From contig CAXXVS010000003.1 in the NCBI GenBank assembly GCA_963674755.2, positions 384,001 to 448,000 of the forward strand: 64,000 nucleotides of DNA. Reading direction: 5' to 3'. Source of the stretch: Desulfobacterales bacterium (GTDB lineage Bacteria > Desulfobacterota > Desulfobacteria > Desulfobacterales > UBA5852). The notes below the pieces were generated by a model. The model was not told the origin of the DNA, did not search any database, and saw nothing but the letters and a program-made list of their open reading frames with translations. Below, one piece after another: positions 29,439 through 40,179 of the stretch (positions are counted from its first letter, which is position 1; each line of letters begins with the position of its first letter). A program made the translations under genes and the position numbers.

Positions 29439-29918
29439 ATGCTTTCCTACGATGACGTGCGAGATATCATCATCCTGAGCCATTTGTCCGACGCGATGTT
29501 GGATACCATTATTCCGAGTCTCGATATCCTCCAATATGAAGAGGACGACATCATATTCCAGGAGGGAGATCCGGCGGACCGGCTCTTTTTTTTGAAGCGG
29601 GGCAAGGTTCTGCTCGAAAAACGCATATCCGACAAGATTTCTTTTTCCATCGGTGCGGTCAAACCTGGTTTTTCCTTTGGGTGGTCGTCGGTATTAGGGG
29701 AGGGGACGGGTTATACCACCCTGACCCTTTGTGCGGAACCTTGCCAAGTCTACTCGATTCGATCCGATAAAATTCGCCATCTTTTGGAGAAGGATCATGA
29801 GATGGCCACCATATTTTATCTGCGCCTCCTGTGGGTGGTCAAAAACCGTCTCGATCACCGCACCAGTCAGTTTGTGACGGTATTGCGAAACCATCCGGAC
29901 ATCGAAAGCCTGATTTAG
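29439..29918 (+). CDS. Stand-alone cyclic-nucleotide-binding-domain protein
   Basis: IIFQEGDPADRLFFLKRGKV...PGFSFGW; no HTH; GAGG SD. Confidence 0.85.
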   Translation: MLSYDDVRDIIILSHLSDAMLDTIIPSLDILQYEEDDIIFQEGDPADRLFFLKRGKVLLEKRISDKISFSIGAVKPGFSFGWSSVLGEGTGYTTLTLCAEPCQVYSIRSDKIRHLLEKDHEMATIFYLRLLWVVKNRLDHRTSQFVTVLRNHPDIESLI

Positions 29919-30136
29919 TTCGCTATAGGCCCATCCCACCCGATAATGACAGCCCGTTTTCGTGACGGTTCTGTGCGACCATGGGGCCATCGACGGCCGA
30001 CATCGGCCGGCCTGCCAGCAGCACCCCGTCATGACCTGCCGATCCCCTTGCGAAAACGCCATATCCCAGTTGACTTTTAACAAAGGCTACCATAAGAGAC
30101 GGATGTTCCCAGTTCGGGAAAGGGGGGAGCTAACCA

Positions 30137-30982
30137 ATCGAAATTATTTCCAACGTCGAAGCAATGCAACAGCGGTCCCGTGAGTTGCATCGTGCGGGGC
30201 GGACTTTGGCATTCGTACCCACCATGGGATTTCTGCACGAAGGGCATCTGGCGCTGATGCATGAAGGGCGGCAGCGGGCCGATATTCTTGTTGCCAGCAT
30301 TTATGTCAATCCGACCCAGTTTGCGCCGGGAGAGGATTTCGAGACCTACCCCCGGGACATGGAAAAAGATGCCAAGCTGGCCCGAACGGTGCCCGTGGAT
30401 ATTCTGTTTACGCCGGATGACCGGGCCATTTACGGTGACGGCTGCCAAACCTACGTGACTCCCCAGGATCTTGCCAACCGCATGTGCGGCCTTTCGCGGC
30501 CCATTTTTTTCCGTGGGGTCGCCACCGTGGTCACCAAATTGTTTCACATGGTCAACCCCCATATCGCCCTCTTTGGCGAAAAAGATTTTCAGCAGTTGGC
30601 CATTATCCGCCGCATGGTGAAAGATCTCAATTTCCAGGTTGATATTGTCGGCGTGCCGACGGTCCGGGAACCCGACGGATTGGCCATGAGCTCCCGCAAT
30701 GCTTATCTAAGATCAAACCAGCGGCCGGCCGCTCTGAGTCTCAACCGATCGCTACGGAAGGCGCAAGCCTTGGTTGCCGCCGGGGAGACCAGGGCTGCGA
30801 AAATTATAGAAACCACCGAAGCGAGGATTCGCACGTTTCCGGATACCGTTATCGATTATGTTGTGATCGTGGATACCGAAACCCTTGAAGACGTGGCTGT
30901 GATTGACCGTCCCGTCAGGATGGCGATGGCGGTCAAGGTCGGATCGACCCGGCTGATCGACAACATGCCTCTGACACCCTGA
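30137..30982 (+). CDS. panC: Pantoate--beta-alanine ligase (probable ATC start at 30137; first ATG at 30164)
   Basis: FVPTMGFLHEGH, VNPTQF, FGEKDFQQ, REPDGLAMSSRN, TRLIDN. Confidence 0.95.
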   Translation: MEIISNVEAMQQRSRELHRAGRTLAFVPTMGFLHEGHLALMHEGRQRADILVASIYVNPTQFAPGEDFETYPRDMEKDAKLARTVPVDILFTPDDRAIYGDGCQTYVTPQDLANRMCGLSRPIFFRGVATVVTKLFHMVNPHIALFGEKDFQQLAIIRRMVKDLNFQVDIVGVPTVREPDGLAMSSRNAYLRSNQRPAALSLNRSLRKAQALVAAGETRAAKIIETTEARIRTFPDTVIDYVVIVDTETLEDVAVIDRPVRMAMAVKVGSTRLIDNMPLTP

Positions 30983-31035
30983 AGCGATTCAGGACCAGGC
31001 GTCTCAGGGGCGCACCATAAAGGAGAACATTTGCA

Positions 31036-32205
31036 ATGGGCAACGAACAGTTTTTTTTCACCTCTGAATCCGTCACGGAAGGCCATCCCGACAAAGTAGC
31101 CGACCAGATTTCGGATGCCGTTCTGGACGCCATCATCGGGCAGGATAAACACTGCCGGGTGGCCTGTGAAACCCTCGTGACCACCGGCCTGGCCTTCGTG
31201 GCCGGTGAAATCACCACCGAGTGCTATGTCGACATTCCCCAGATCGTGCGGGACACGATCCAGGATATCGGCTACTGCTCCTCCCAGATGGGCTTCGATT
31301 ACCAGACCTGCTCGGTGCTTACGAGTATCGACCAGCAGTCGCCCGATATCGCCCAGGGGGTCAATGTGGGCCAGGGCCTTTACAAGGACCAGGGCGCCGG
31401 CGACCAGGGCCTTATGTTCGGCTTTGCCACCGACGAGACGCCTCAATTGATGCCCATGCCGATCATGTATGCCCACACCCTGACACGCCGCCTGGCAACA
31501 GTCCGCAAAAACGGGGCCCTTGATTTTCTCCGGCCGGACGGCAAATCCCAGGTGACCGTCGAATATGAAAACGGCACGCCCAAACGGGTGGATACCGTTG
31601 TCATCTCCACCCAGCACAAGCCGGATGTCACCCACGAGACCATCCGTGAGGCGGTCATTGAAGAGGTGATCAAGAAAGTCATTCCCCGGAGCATGATTGA
31701 TGGAGATACCAAGTATTTTATCAACCCCACGGGCAAATTTGTCGTAGGCGGCCCCATGGGTGACTGCGGTCTCACCGGGCGCAAGATCATCGTCGATACC
31801 TATGGCGGACAGGGCAGCCACGGCGGCGGGTGTTTTTCCGGCAAGGACCCGTCCAAGGTGGACCGCAGTGCGTCCTACATGGGACGCCATATCGCCAAAA
31901 ACGTGGTTGCCGCCGGATTGGCCAAAAAGTGCGAGGTGCAAATCGCCTATGCCATCGGCGTGGCCCAGCCGGTTTCAGTGATGGTGGATTTGATGGGCAC
32001 CGGGGTGGTTCCCAAAGAGCGCGTCAAGGAGATCATTCGCGAAGTATTCGATCTGCGGCCGGCGGCCATCATCGACTATCTGGATCTCCTGCAACCCATT
32101 TACCGCCCAACGGCCGCCTACGGCCATTTCGGGCGCGATCAGGAACATTTTCCCTGGGAAAAAACCCATCGTGTGGATGAAATCCGCGGTTTGGCGGGAA
32201 TCTAG
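31036..32205 (+). CDS. metK: S-adenosylmethionine synthetase
   Basis: [39 protein letters not shown]. Confidence 0.98.
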   Translation: MGNEQFFFTSESVTEGHPDKVADQISDAVLDAIIGQDKHCRVACETLVTTGLAFVAGEITTECYVDIPQIVRDTIQDIGYCSSQMGFDYQTCSVLTSIDQQSPDIAQGVNVGQGLYKDQGAGDQGLMFGFATDETPQLMPMPIMYAHTLTRRLATVRKNGALDFLRPDGKSQVTVEYENGTPKRVDTVVISTQHKPDVTHETIREAVIEEVIKKVIPRSMIDGDTKYFINPTGKFVVGGPMGDCGLTGRKIIVDTYGGQGSHGGGCFSGKDPSKVDRSASYMGRHIAKNVVAAGLAKKCEVQIAYAIGVAQPVSVMVDLMGTGVVPKERVKEIIREVFDLRPAAIIDYLDLLQPIYRPTAAYGHFGRDQEHFPWEKTHRVDEIRGLAGI

Positions 32206-32247
32206 CCCGGCAGCCCTAATGCCAGAGGGATTATTAGCCGATAGGGA

Positions 32248-32286
32248 CTGACAATACCGTTTCACACCCCTATTATATAGAGGTGT
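32248..32286 (+). promoter_or_regulatory. Candidate ahcY promoter with overlapping inverted repeat
   Basis: CTGACA-N17-TATTAT; imperfect IR ACACCCCTAT-TAT-ATAGAGGTGT at 32264-32286. Confidence 0.5.
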
Positions 32287-32338
32287 TACGCGCAGCCAAT
32301 CTCGATATACGACTTAACCAATACAAGGAGCACCCTCC

Positions 32339-33793
32339 ATGACGATTATACCGATGAAAGATGCCTCTTCGGGCGTTTTGGCGCTTGATCTTTCATTACC
32401 CTACAAGGTGGCCGACATGGCCCTGGCGGATTTCGGCAACAAGGAAATGCGCCTGGCGGAAAATGAAATGCCGGGCCTCATGGCCGTGCGGGATAAATAC
32501 GGATCCAGCCAGCCGCTCAAAGGGCTCAAAGTAACCGGCAGCCTTCATATGACCATCCAGACGGCCATGCTGATTGAAACCCTCAAAGTTCTGGGGGCTG
32601 ACATCCGCTGGGCCAGCTGTAACATTTTTTCCACCCAGGACCATGCCGCCGCCGCCATCGCTCACAATGGCTCGGCCGCCGTCTTCGCCTGGAAGGGGGA
32701 AAGCCTGGAGGAATATTGGTGGTGCACGGAAATGGCCCTGACCTGGCCGGATGGCAGCGGTCCCGACCTGATCGTGGATGACGGCGGTGATGCCACCCTG
32801 TTTATCCACCAGGGAGTCAAGGTGGAGCAGAGCCCCGACCTCCTGGATCAAACTTACGACAATCCGGACATGCACTATCTCATGGCACGGCTCAAAGCGG
32901 GCTATGCGGCCGATACCGGCCGCTGGACCAAGGTGGCGGCCAGGGTGCGCGGCGTCTCGGAGGAGACCACCACCGGGGTGCACCGCCTCTATCAGCTGGC
33001 CCGGGACGGGGAACTTTTGTTCCCGGCCATCAATGTCAACGATTCGGTGACCAAATCCAAGTTCGACAACCTCTACGGCTGCCGGGAATCCCTGGCGGAC
33101 GGTATCAAGCGCGCCACGGATATCATGATGGCGGGCAAAGTCGTGGTGGTCTGCGGCTATGGCGACGTGGGCAAAGGCTGCGCGCGTTCCATGCGGGGGT
33201 ATGGCTCCCGGGTGCTGGTGACGGAAATCGATCCTATTTGTGCCTTGCAGGCGGCCATGGAAGGGTTTGAAGTCGTCACCATGGAAGATGCCGCCGCCCT
33301 TGGCGATATCTTTGTCGCGGCCACGGGCAACTATCATGTAATTACGGGCGCGCACATGGAACAGATGAAAAACGAGGCCATCATCTGCAATATCGGTCAT
33401 TTCGATAACGAGATCGATATGGCCTATCTGGAAAAGACCCCGGCCTGCTCCAAGGAAACCATCAAACCCCAGGTGGATAAATGGACCCTGGCTTCCGGTC
33501 GTTCGATCATCGTGCTGGCCGAGGGGCGCCTGGTCAATCTGGGGTGTGCCACCGGGCACCCCAGTTTCGTCATGAGCAACAGCTTTACCAACCAATGCCT
33601 GGCGCAGATTGAGCTGGCCTCGGGCAAACCGGAAAAGCAAGTCTACATCCTACCCAAGAAGCTTGACGAAGAGGTGGCCCGTCTGCATCTGGCCCGCCTG
33701 GGGGTTCGCCTCACCACACTCACACGCCAACAGGCCGACTATATCGGTGTCCCGGTGGAAGGGCCGTTCAAGCCTGACCACTACCGCTACTGA
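32339..33793 (+). CDS. ahcY: Adenosylhomocysteinase
   Basis: [58 protein letters not shown]. Confidence 0.98.
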   Translation: MTIIPMKDASSGVLALDLSLPYKVADMALADFGNKEMRLAENEMPGLMAVRDKYGSSQPLKGLKVTGSLHMTIQTAMLIETLKVLGADIRWASCNIFSTQDHAAAAIAHNGSAAVFAWKGESLEEYWWCTEMALTWPDGSGPDLIVDDGGDATLFIHQGVKVEQSPDLLDQTYDNPDMHYLMARLKAGYAADTGRWTKVAARVRGVSEETTTGVHRLYQLARDGELLFPAINVNDSVTKSKFDNLYGCRESLADGIKRATDIMMAGKVVVVCGYGDVGKGCARSMRGYGSRVLVTEIDPICALQAAMEGFEVVTMEDAAALGDIFVAATGNYHVITGAHMEQMKNEAIICNIGHFDNEIDMAYLEKTPACSKETIKPQVDKWTLASGRSIIVLAEGRLVNLGCATGHPSFVMSNSFTNQCLAQIELASGKPEKQVYILPKKLDEEVARLHLARLGVRLTTLTRQQADYIGVPVEGPFKPDHYRY

Positions 33794-33823
33794 TGCGCCA
33801 ATCGAGGGTTTGATGTAAATACC

Positions 33824-33873
33824 ATCAAGGCCGGCCTGCCGTGAGCGTTAAGCACGGCAGGCCGGCCCTTGAT
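33824..33873. terminator. Long hairpin between convergent ahcY and nadK
   Basis: ATCAAGGCCGGCCTGCCGTG...CACGGCAGGCCGGCCCTTGAT. Confidence 0.7.
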
Positions 33874-33888
33874 TGCTGTGCGCGATCT

Positions 33889-34755
33889 TCAGACCCGTCC
33901 GCCGCTCCAGCTCAGTTTAGCCTTCAAAATATCGAAATATTCGATTCCGGGGACTTTGATCATATGGACCGGATGGGGGCTTTTTTGAATCAGGATGCTG
34001 TCCCGGTGGTTGATTTCCATTCCGGCCTGACCGTCGAAGGTCAGGATCATATTGGAGGAATGCTTCTCGAGGGACATCTTGATGCCGGCCCGGTCCGGAA
34101 TGACCAGCGGGCGGTTGGTCAGGGTGAAAGGGCAAATGGGCGTCATGATGATGCCCGGGACTTCGGGGTGGATGACCGGGCCTCCGGCCGCCAGGGAATA
34201 AGCCGTCGAACCGGTCGGGGTGGAAACGATGAGCCCGTCGGCCCGGAAGGTCGTCAGATAGTGATTGTCGATATAGACTTCCACGTGCGCCAGCCGGGCC
34301 AGGGTGCTTTTGGTTACGACCACGTCGTTGAGCACGATTTCGCGGGAGCGCTCGCGACCGTCTTTAATCACGGTCACCGCCAGCCGCATGCGTTGCTGGA
34401 TGGCAAAATCCCGCTGGATGACGGCTTCGGCGGCCGAAAAGAGGTCTTCAGCCGTTGTTTCCGCCAGAAACCCCACCTGGCCGAACTTGACCCCCAATAC
34501 CGGCAGCGGCGTGTTGCCAATCCACCGCACGGCACTCAGAAAGGTGCCGTCCCCGCCGAGGACAAATAGGCAGAATAGGCTGGAGGGCTTCGGCGTGGCA
34601 GCGCTATCGCGAGCCGCGTTCTGGCCGGAAAAGTGCGGATCGATCCGGACGACCGAAATACCGCGGTCGGCCAACCAGTCCTCGAGTCGGTCGGCTGTTT
34701 GTTGTGCTTCCGCAACCGGTTTGACGATAATTCCGATGGTCGGGGCGTTGTTCAT
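33889..34755 (-). CDS. nadK: NAD kinase
   Basis: LGGDGTFL, LNDVV, DGLIVSTPTGSTAYSLAAGGP, FDGQ. Start MNNAPTIG preferred over the longer ORF. Confidence 0.95.
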   Translation of the reverse strand: MNNAPTIGIIVKPVAEAQQTADRLEDWLADRGISVVRIDPHFSGQNAARDSAATPKPSSLFCLFVLGGDGTFLSAVRWIGNTPLPVLGVKFGQVGFLAETTAEDLFSAAEAVIQRDFAIQQRMRLAVTVIKDGRERSREIVLNDVVVTKSTLARLAHVEVYIDNHYLTTFRADGLIVSTPTGSTAYSLAAGGPVIHPEVPGIIMTPICPFTLTNRPLVIPDRAGIKMSLEKHSSNMILTFDGQAGMEINHRDSILIQKSPHPVHMIKVPGIEYFDILKAKLSWSGGRV

Positions 34756-34881
34756 GGGCACTCTGTGAAGGTGATGTCGGTGCGCTGATTGGGTATGGAG
34801 GTCACTGTGGCCTTGACTACTGCATCCTATCAGGACGGTCAAGCCGCAAAAGCCCGATGGCGCATGCCTGGGTGAATTTTC

Positions 34882-34910
34882 TTGACTCAAATGTCCCGCA
34901 TGACTATAAA
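34882..34910 (+). promoter_or_regulatory. Candidate sigma70 promoter of liv operon 1
   Basis: TTGACT-N17-TATAAA. Confidence 0.6.
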
Positions 34911-34967
34911 AACAAGGCTTTCGGAATGAATTCGCCCTTAATTTGTCACTTTTTCAAGGAGGAGGGG

Positions 34968-36155
34968 ATGATGAAAAATCGCTTTGGAAGATATTTGGCC
35001 CTGATCGCGTTGATCGCGCTGGCCGGTATGGTGCTTTTTGCATGTGGCCAGCAGCAGGAAAAGCCGGCTGAAGCCACCAAAGACGCCGCGCCAATGGAAA
35101 AGACGGCCGAGCCCATCAAGTTGGGTGTTGCCGGCCCCCATAGTGGCGACTTGGCCTCCTACGGTATTCCTACAGTGCACGCCGCGGAATTGATTGCCAA
35201 AAAGCGTAATGCCATGGGCGGTATCTGTGGTCGCCCAATCGAGCTTCTGGTGGAAGACGACGTCTGTAAACCGGAAGTGGCCACCAATACGGCCACCAAA
35301 CTGGTCACCGACGGTGTCAACGTCGTCTTGGGGCATATCTGCAGCGGTGCCACCAAAGCGGCTATGGGCATCTACAAGGAGTCCAACATTATTGCCATGA
35401 GTCCGTCCGCCACCAATCCCGCCCTCACGCAAAGCGGCGAATACCCGAACTTTTTCCGCACCATTGCATCCGATGATGCCCAGGCGCGTCTGGAAGTCGA
35501 CTTCGCCCTGGATGTTCTCAAGCTGAATAAGATCGCGGTTCTCCACGACAAGGGCGATTACGGCAAGGGGTTGGCCGAGTTTGCCAAGGGCTTCCTGGAG
35601 GCGGACCCCCGGGCCGAAGTCGTGCTGTATGAAGGCATCACCCCGGGTGCCGTGGACTACTCCGCCGTGGTCCAGAAAATCAAACGGTCCGACGCCCAGG
35701 CCGTTATCTTCGGCGGCTATCATCCGGAAGCCTCGAAGCTTGTTCAGCAAATGCGCAATTCGGGTATGGACACCGTGTTCATTTCCGATGACGGCGTGAA
35801 AGATGACACCTTTATCAAAGTGGCCGGCGAATTTGCCGAAGGCGTTTACGCCACCGGTCCGGTCGACACGTCCAAAAACCCCATCGCGATCGAGGCCGTC
35901 GAGATGCATAAAAAGGAATACGGCGAAGAGCCGGGCGCCTTTTATCTGAACGCCTATGCTGCCACTCTGGCCTTGCTGAACGCCATTGAAAAGAGTAATT
36001 CCACCGACTATGATGTGCTGACCAAAACCCTGCGGTCGGAATGGGTGGCCACCCCCCTGGGCATCATCAAGTTCGATGACAAGGGCGATGCCATCGGTGT
36101 GGGCTTTGCCATGTACCAGGTCCAAGACGGTAAATATGTCAGCGTAAAATACTAA
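34968..36155 (+). CDS. livK: Branched-chain amino acid ABC substrate-binding lipoprotein
   Basis: Lipobox LFAC; EDDVCKP, GHICSGAT, SPSATNP, HDKGDYGKGLA, FGGYHPE; AGGAGG SD. Confidence 0.9.
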   Translation: MMKNRFGRYLALIALIALAGMVLFACGQQQEKPAEATKDAAPMEKTAEPIKLGVAGPHSGDLASYGIPTVHAAELIAKKRNAMGGICGRPIELLVEDDVCKPEVATNTATKLVTDGVNVVLGHICSGATKAAMGIYKESNIIAMSPSATNPALTQSGEYPNFFRTIASDDAQARLEVDFALDVLKLNKIAVLHDKGDYGKGLAEFAKGFLEADPRAEVVLYEGITPGAVDYSAVVQKIKRSDAQAVIFGGYHPEASKLVQQMRNSGMDTVFISDDGVKDDTFIKVAGEFAEGVYATGPVDTSKNPIAIEAVEMHKKEYGEEPGAFYLNAYAATLALLNAIEKSNSTDYDVLTKTLRSEWVATPLGIIKFDDKGDAIGVGFAMYQVQDGKYVSVKY

Positions 36156-36332
36156 ACGCGGATATTCCTAATCCATCAGGGGTCGCGCCATCCAGTGCAG
36201 ACCCCTGATGTATTTTGGGTTTCCAAAGCTTTAGGGAAGACTATAGGGCCCCGGCCAGCCACGGTGAACGGCCGTGCCTGTTGAGGCCCTTGTAACCCCG
36301 CTGAATTGCATGGGGTTTGGGGATCGTTTGCG

Positions 36333-37235
36333 ATGGATTATTTTTTTGAGCTGTTCCTCGGCGGGCTGACCCGCGGCAGCATCTACGCGCTGATCGCACT
36401 AGGGTATACGATGGTCTACGGGATCATCGAGCTCATCAATTTCGCCCATGGCGAAATCTATATGATCGGCGCATTTACGGGTCTCATCGTCATCAGTGTT
36501 CTGACGTTTATGGGATGGCCGACGCTCGCCATTATCGTTATGGCGGCCCTGATCGCCATGATCTATTCGGCGGCCTACGGTTTCACCATCGAAAAGATTG
36601 CCTATAAACCCCTGCGGGGCAGCCAGCGCCTATCGGCCCTGATCAGCGCCATCGGCATGTCCCTCTTCCTGCAAAACTATGTTCTTCTGGCCCAGACGTC
36701 CAATTTTTTGCCCTATCCCAATTTGATTCCGGAATGGGAGTGGCTGAAGCCCTATGCCCACATCGTGCGGCCTACCGAAATCGTTCTGTACATTTCCACG
36801 GCCCTGGTCATGGTGGCGTTGACCTACCTGATCAAGTTTACCCGCATGGGGAAGGCCATGCGCGCCGTGGCGCAGGATCAGGAGATGTCCATGCTGGTGG
36901 GGGTGGACGTCAACCGCGTGATCTCGTTCACGTTTATCGTCGGCTCGGCCATCGCCGCCCTGGGGGGCGTTCTGGTCATGAGCCACATTGGCCAGATCAA
37001 TTTCTATGTGGGTTTCATTGCCGGAATCAAGGCCTTCGTAGCGGCGGTTTTGGGGGGCATCGGCAGCATGCCGGGTGCGGTGCTGGGCAGCCTCGTGCTG
37101 GGTTGGACCGAAAGTTTTTTCACGGGTTACATATCCAGCGACTATGAGGACGTATTTGCCTTTGTCTTTCTGGTGCTCATTCTGATCTTCAGACCGGCCG
37201 GTCTTCTCGGACGCTCCGATACGGACAAGGTCTAA
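36333..37235 (+). CDS. livH: BCAA ABC permease LivH
   Basis: GSIYALIALGYTMVYG..INFAHGE, KAFVAAVLGGIG. Confidence 0.92.
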   Translation: MDYFFELFLGGLTRGSIYALIALGYTMVYGIIELINFAHGEIYMIGAFTGLIVISVLTFMGWPTLAIIVMAALIAMIYSAAYGFTIEKIAYKPLRGSQRLSALISAIGMSLFLQNYVLLAQTSNFLPYPNLIPEWEWLKPYAHIVRPTEIVLYISTALVMVALTYLIKFTRMGKAMRAVAQDQEMSMLVGVDVNRVISFTFIVGSAIAALGGVLVMSHIGQINFYVGFIAGIKAFVAAVLGGIGSMPGAVLGSLVLGWTESFFTGYISSDYEDVFAFVFLVLILIFRPAGLLGRSDTDKV

Positions 37236-37311
37236 GGGAGATCCCTTTTCGCCAAAAACCGCCGACCGTCGAGGTCGCTATTATTCCGGTTCGAGAGTGA
37301 AACGATAAACG

Positions 37312-38544
37312 ATGATGTCATTGCAAGAAATTAAAAAATCGTTCCTGGTGTCGCTCTGGTTCATGTTTCTCACCTTTCCCATCATGGTGATCAAGGTGAA
37401 CACCATCGAGCAGACCATTGATTGGCGTTGGTGGCGCATGGCGGGGGTCGGGCTGGGTGCATTTTGCCTGTCGTTTGTATGGCGGTATGCCATGGCCCGC
37501 AAGGAGGCAGGGAAGAAGAAAGCGGAAGATGACAATATTGTGAAAGTCCCCCTGTTCCAGCGGTTGCTGAGCGACCGCCGGTTCACGATCCCGGGGCTGG
37601 TGACGTCCGTGGCCCTGGTGGTGATCTTCCCGTTTGTCTTCAGCTGGTACCAGACCGGTATCCTCATCACGGCCCTGATCTATGTCGTGGTGGGGTTGGG
37701 GTTGAATATCGTTGTCGGCTTGGCCGGCCTCCTGGATCTCGGCTATGTGGCCTTTTACGCGGTGGGGGCCTACAGTTATGCCCTATTGAATTATCATTTC
37801 GGCGTGACCTTCTGGATGGCACTGCCCATCGGCGGCCTGTTGGCGATGATTTTCGGGATTCTTTTAGGCTTTCCTGTTTTGCGTTTAAGGGGCGACTACT
37901 TGGCCATTGTTACCCTGGGCTTCGGTGAAATCATCCGGCTGGTGCTGGAAAACTGGAACGAGTTTTCCTTCGGCCCCAGCGGTATCGCCAATATCCCCAA
38001 GCCCGGTTTGTTCGGTCTAAAACTCTCCCTTCAAGAATCGACCATCTATCTCTATTTTCTGATGATCGGTCTGGCCCTGATGACGATTTTCGTGGTCCGG
38101 CGGCTGCAAGATTCGCGCATCGGCCGGGCCTGGATCGCCCTGCGGGAAGACGAAGTGGCCTGCCAGGCCATGGGCATCGACAAGACCCGCACCAAACTGT
38201 CCGCCTTCGCCCTGGGGGCCACCTGGGCCGGAATGGGCGGGGTGGTGTTTGCCGCCAAAACGGCCTTTATCAATCCGGCCAGTTTTACCATCTGGGAATC
38301 CGTGATCATTCTGTGTGTCGTGGTGCTGGGCGGCATGGGGTCCATCCTGGGGGTTATTATCGGCGCGCTGATCTTGATTCTGCTTCCGGAATATCTGCGG
38401 GCCTTCTCGGAATATCGTATGCTCGTATTCGGCGCTCTGCTCGTCGTGATGATGGTTTTCAGGCCCGGCGGCATCATCAGCGGCGTTCGGCGGATCTATC
38501 ATTTTGAAGAGCCACAACAATCGACGGATAACCAAAAGGCATGA
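37312..38544 (+). CDS. livM: BCAA ABC permease LivM
   Basis: GLNIVVGLAGLLDLGYVAF, LRLRGDYLAIVTLGFGEI. Confidence 0.92.
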   Translation: MMSLQEIKKSFLVSLWFMFLTFPIMVIKVNTIEQTIDWRWWRMAGVGLGAFCLSFVWRYAMARKEAGKKKAEDDNIVKVPLFQRLLSDRRFTIPGLVTSVALVVIFPFVFSWYQTGILITALIYVVVGLGLNIVVGLAGLLDLGYVAFYAVGAYSYALLNYHFGVTFWMALPIGGLLAMIFGILLGFPVLRLRGDYLAIVTLGFGEIIRLVLENWNEFSFGPSGIANIPKPGLFGLKLSLQESTIYLYFLMIGLALMTIFVVRRLQDSRIGRAWIALREDEVACQAMGIDKTRTKLSAFALGATWAGMGGVVFAAKTAFINPASFTIWESVIILCVVVLGGMGSILGVIIGALILILLPEYLRAFSEYRMLVFGALLVVMMVFRPGGIISGVRRIYHFEEPQQSTDNQKA

Positions 38545-39329
38545 AACCGGTTTTAGACGTCCATCAACTGACCATGGATTTCGGCGGCCTGCGCGCCCTC
38601 GATCACATCGATCTTCAGGTGAATGCAGAGGAGATCGTGGCCCTGATCGGCCCCAACGGTGCCGGCAAGACCACCTTTTTCAACTGCATCACCGGCATTT
38701 ACACCCCAACCAAAGGGGATATGGTGTTGACGCGCCCTGACGGGGAGGCCTCGCGCCTTAACGGCCTCAAACCCAACCGGGTGACGGAACGGGGCATGGC
38801 CCGAACCTTTCAAAACATCCGCCTTTTCCAGAACATGACCGTTCTGGAAAACGTCATGATCGGGCGCCACTGCCGGCTGCATTCCGGGATCCCGGGGGCC
38901 ATTATCCGGCCACCCGCCAACCGCCGGGAAGAGAAGGAGGTGGTGGAAGACAGCTATCGCATGCTGGAGACAATCGGCCTGACCCAGTATGTCAACGAGT
39001 TTGCCAAAAATCTTCCCTACGGTGCCCAGCGGCGGTTGGAAATCGCCCGGGCCCTGGCCACCGAACCGTTTTTGCTTCTCCTCGACGAACCGGCGGCCGG
39101 CATGAATGCCCGGGAAACCAACGCCCTGGATGAGCTCATCCTGCGGTTGCGTTCGGAAATGAAGGTAGCGATTCTGCTGATCGAGCACGACATGAAGCTG
39201 GTGATGAGCTTGTCGGACCGGATTTACGTTGTGGACTACGGTAAGAAGATTGCCGAAGGCAACCCCGACGCAATCAAACGCAACCCGGCGGTCATCAAGG
39301 CTTATCTCGGAGAAGATATCGATGCTTGA
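38541..39329 (+). CDS. livG: BCAA ABC ATPase LivG
   Basis: GPNGAGKTT, RTFQNIRLF, LDEPAAG, IEHDM. Confidence 0.92.
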   Translation: MKPVLDVHQLTMDFGGLRALDHIDLQVNAEEIVALIGPNGAGKTTFFNCITGIYTPTKGDMVLTRPDGEASRLNGLKPNRVTERGMARTFQNIRLFQNMTVLENVMIGRHCRLHSGIPGAIIRPPANRREEKEVVEDSYRMLETIGLTQYVNEFAKNLPYGAQRRLEIARALATEPFLLLLDEPAAGMNARETNALDELILRLRSEMKVAILLIEHDMKLVMSLSDRIYVVDYGKKIAEGNPDAIKRNPAVIKAYLGEDIDA

Positions 39330-40029
39330 GCTCAAAAATGTCGAGACCTTTTACGGCAACATCCAGGCCCTGAAATCCATCAGCATGGAAATCGCCGAGG
39401 GTGAAATCGTAACCCTCATCGGCGCCAACGGGGCGGGCAAATCCACGACCCTGATGTCCATATGCGGGCTCGTGCCGCCGCGCAGAGGCGAGATCTATTT
39501 TCAAGGGGAACCCATTCACGGTATGGCGCCCAATGCGATCGTATCCCTGGGAATTTCCCAGGTGCCAGAAGGCCGGCGCATTTTCCCCCATTTGTCCGTT
39601 ACCGAAAACCTGGATATGGGCGCCTTTCTGCGCAAAGACAAGGCCGACATTAAAAGCGACATGGACTATATATTTGAACTTTTCCCCATTTTAGCCGAAA
39701 GGCGGCACCAGCCCGGCGGCACCCTGAGCGGCGGCGAGCAGCAAATGCTCGCCATTTCCAGGGCCCTGATGGCCCGTCCGCGTCTTCTTCTGCTGGACGA
39801 ACCTTCGCTGGGACTGGCGCCTCTGGTGGTGAAACGTATTTTCGATATTATTCAGAAAATCAACAGCGAGAATAAAACAACGGTCTTTTTAGTGGAGCAG
39901 AATGCCAACCTGGCGCTTAAAACCGCCCACCGGGGCTATGTGATGGAAAACGGCCGCATTATTATGGCGGATGCCGCTCAAAACCTGTTGGCCAACGAGG
40001 ATGTACGCAAAGCCTATCTCGGTATTTAG
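39322..40029 (+). CDS. livF: BCAA ABC ATPase LivF
   Basis: GANGAGKST, VPEGRRIF, LSGGEQQMLA, DEPSLGLAP. ATG 39322 overlaps livG. Confidence 0.92.
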   Translation: MLELKNVETFYGNIQALKSISMEIAEGEIVTLIGANGAGKSTTLMSICGLVPPRRGEIYFQGEPIHGMAPNAIVSLGISQVPEGRRIFPHLSVTENLDMGAFLRKDKADIKSDMDYIFELFPILAERRHQPGGTLSGGEQQMLAISRALMARPRLLLLDEPSLGLAPLVVKRIFDIIQKINSENKTTVFLVEQNANLALKTAHRGYVMENGRIIMADAAQNLLANEDVRKAYLGI

Positions 40030-40179
40030 CGCCATTCGCGGTACGAACGCCTCCCTATTATTTCAATCCGAAATAGCATACTCCAGCAGAGCTCACATGG
40101 GGCCCGCCGCCCAGTCTTGCGCGCCGGATTCTGCCATGGCAAGGTTGATTGTGTCCCCTTGTCGATGTAAAAGGGCGTT

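Noticed and set aside
29919..30120. Possible SAM/SAH riboswitch or sRNA upstream of panC-metK
   Set aside because: Only short GC stems; no SAM-I, SAM-II or SAH consensus recognised.
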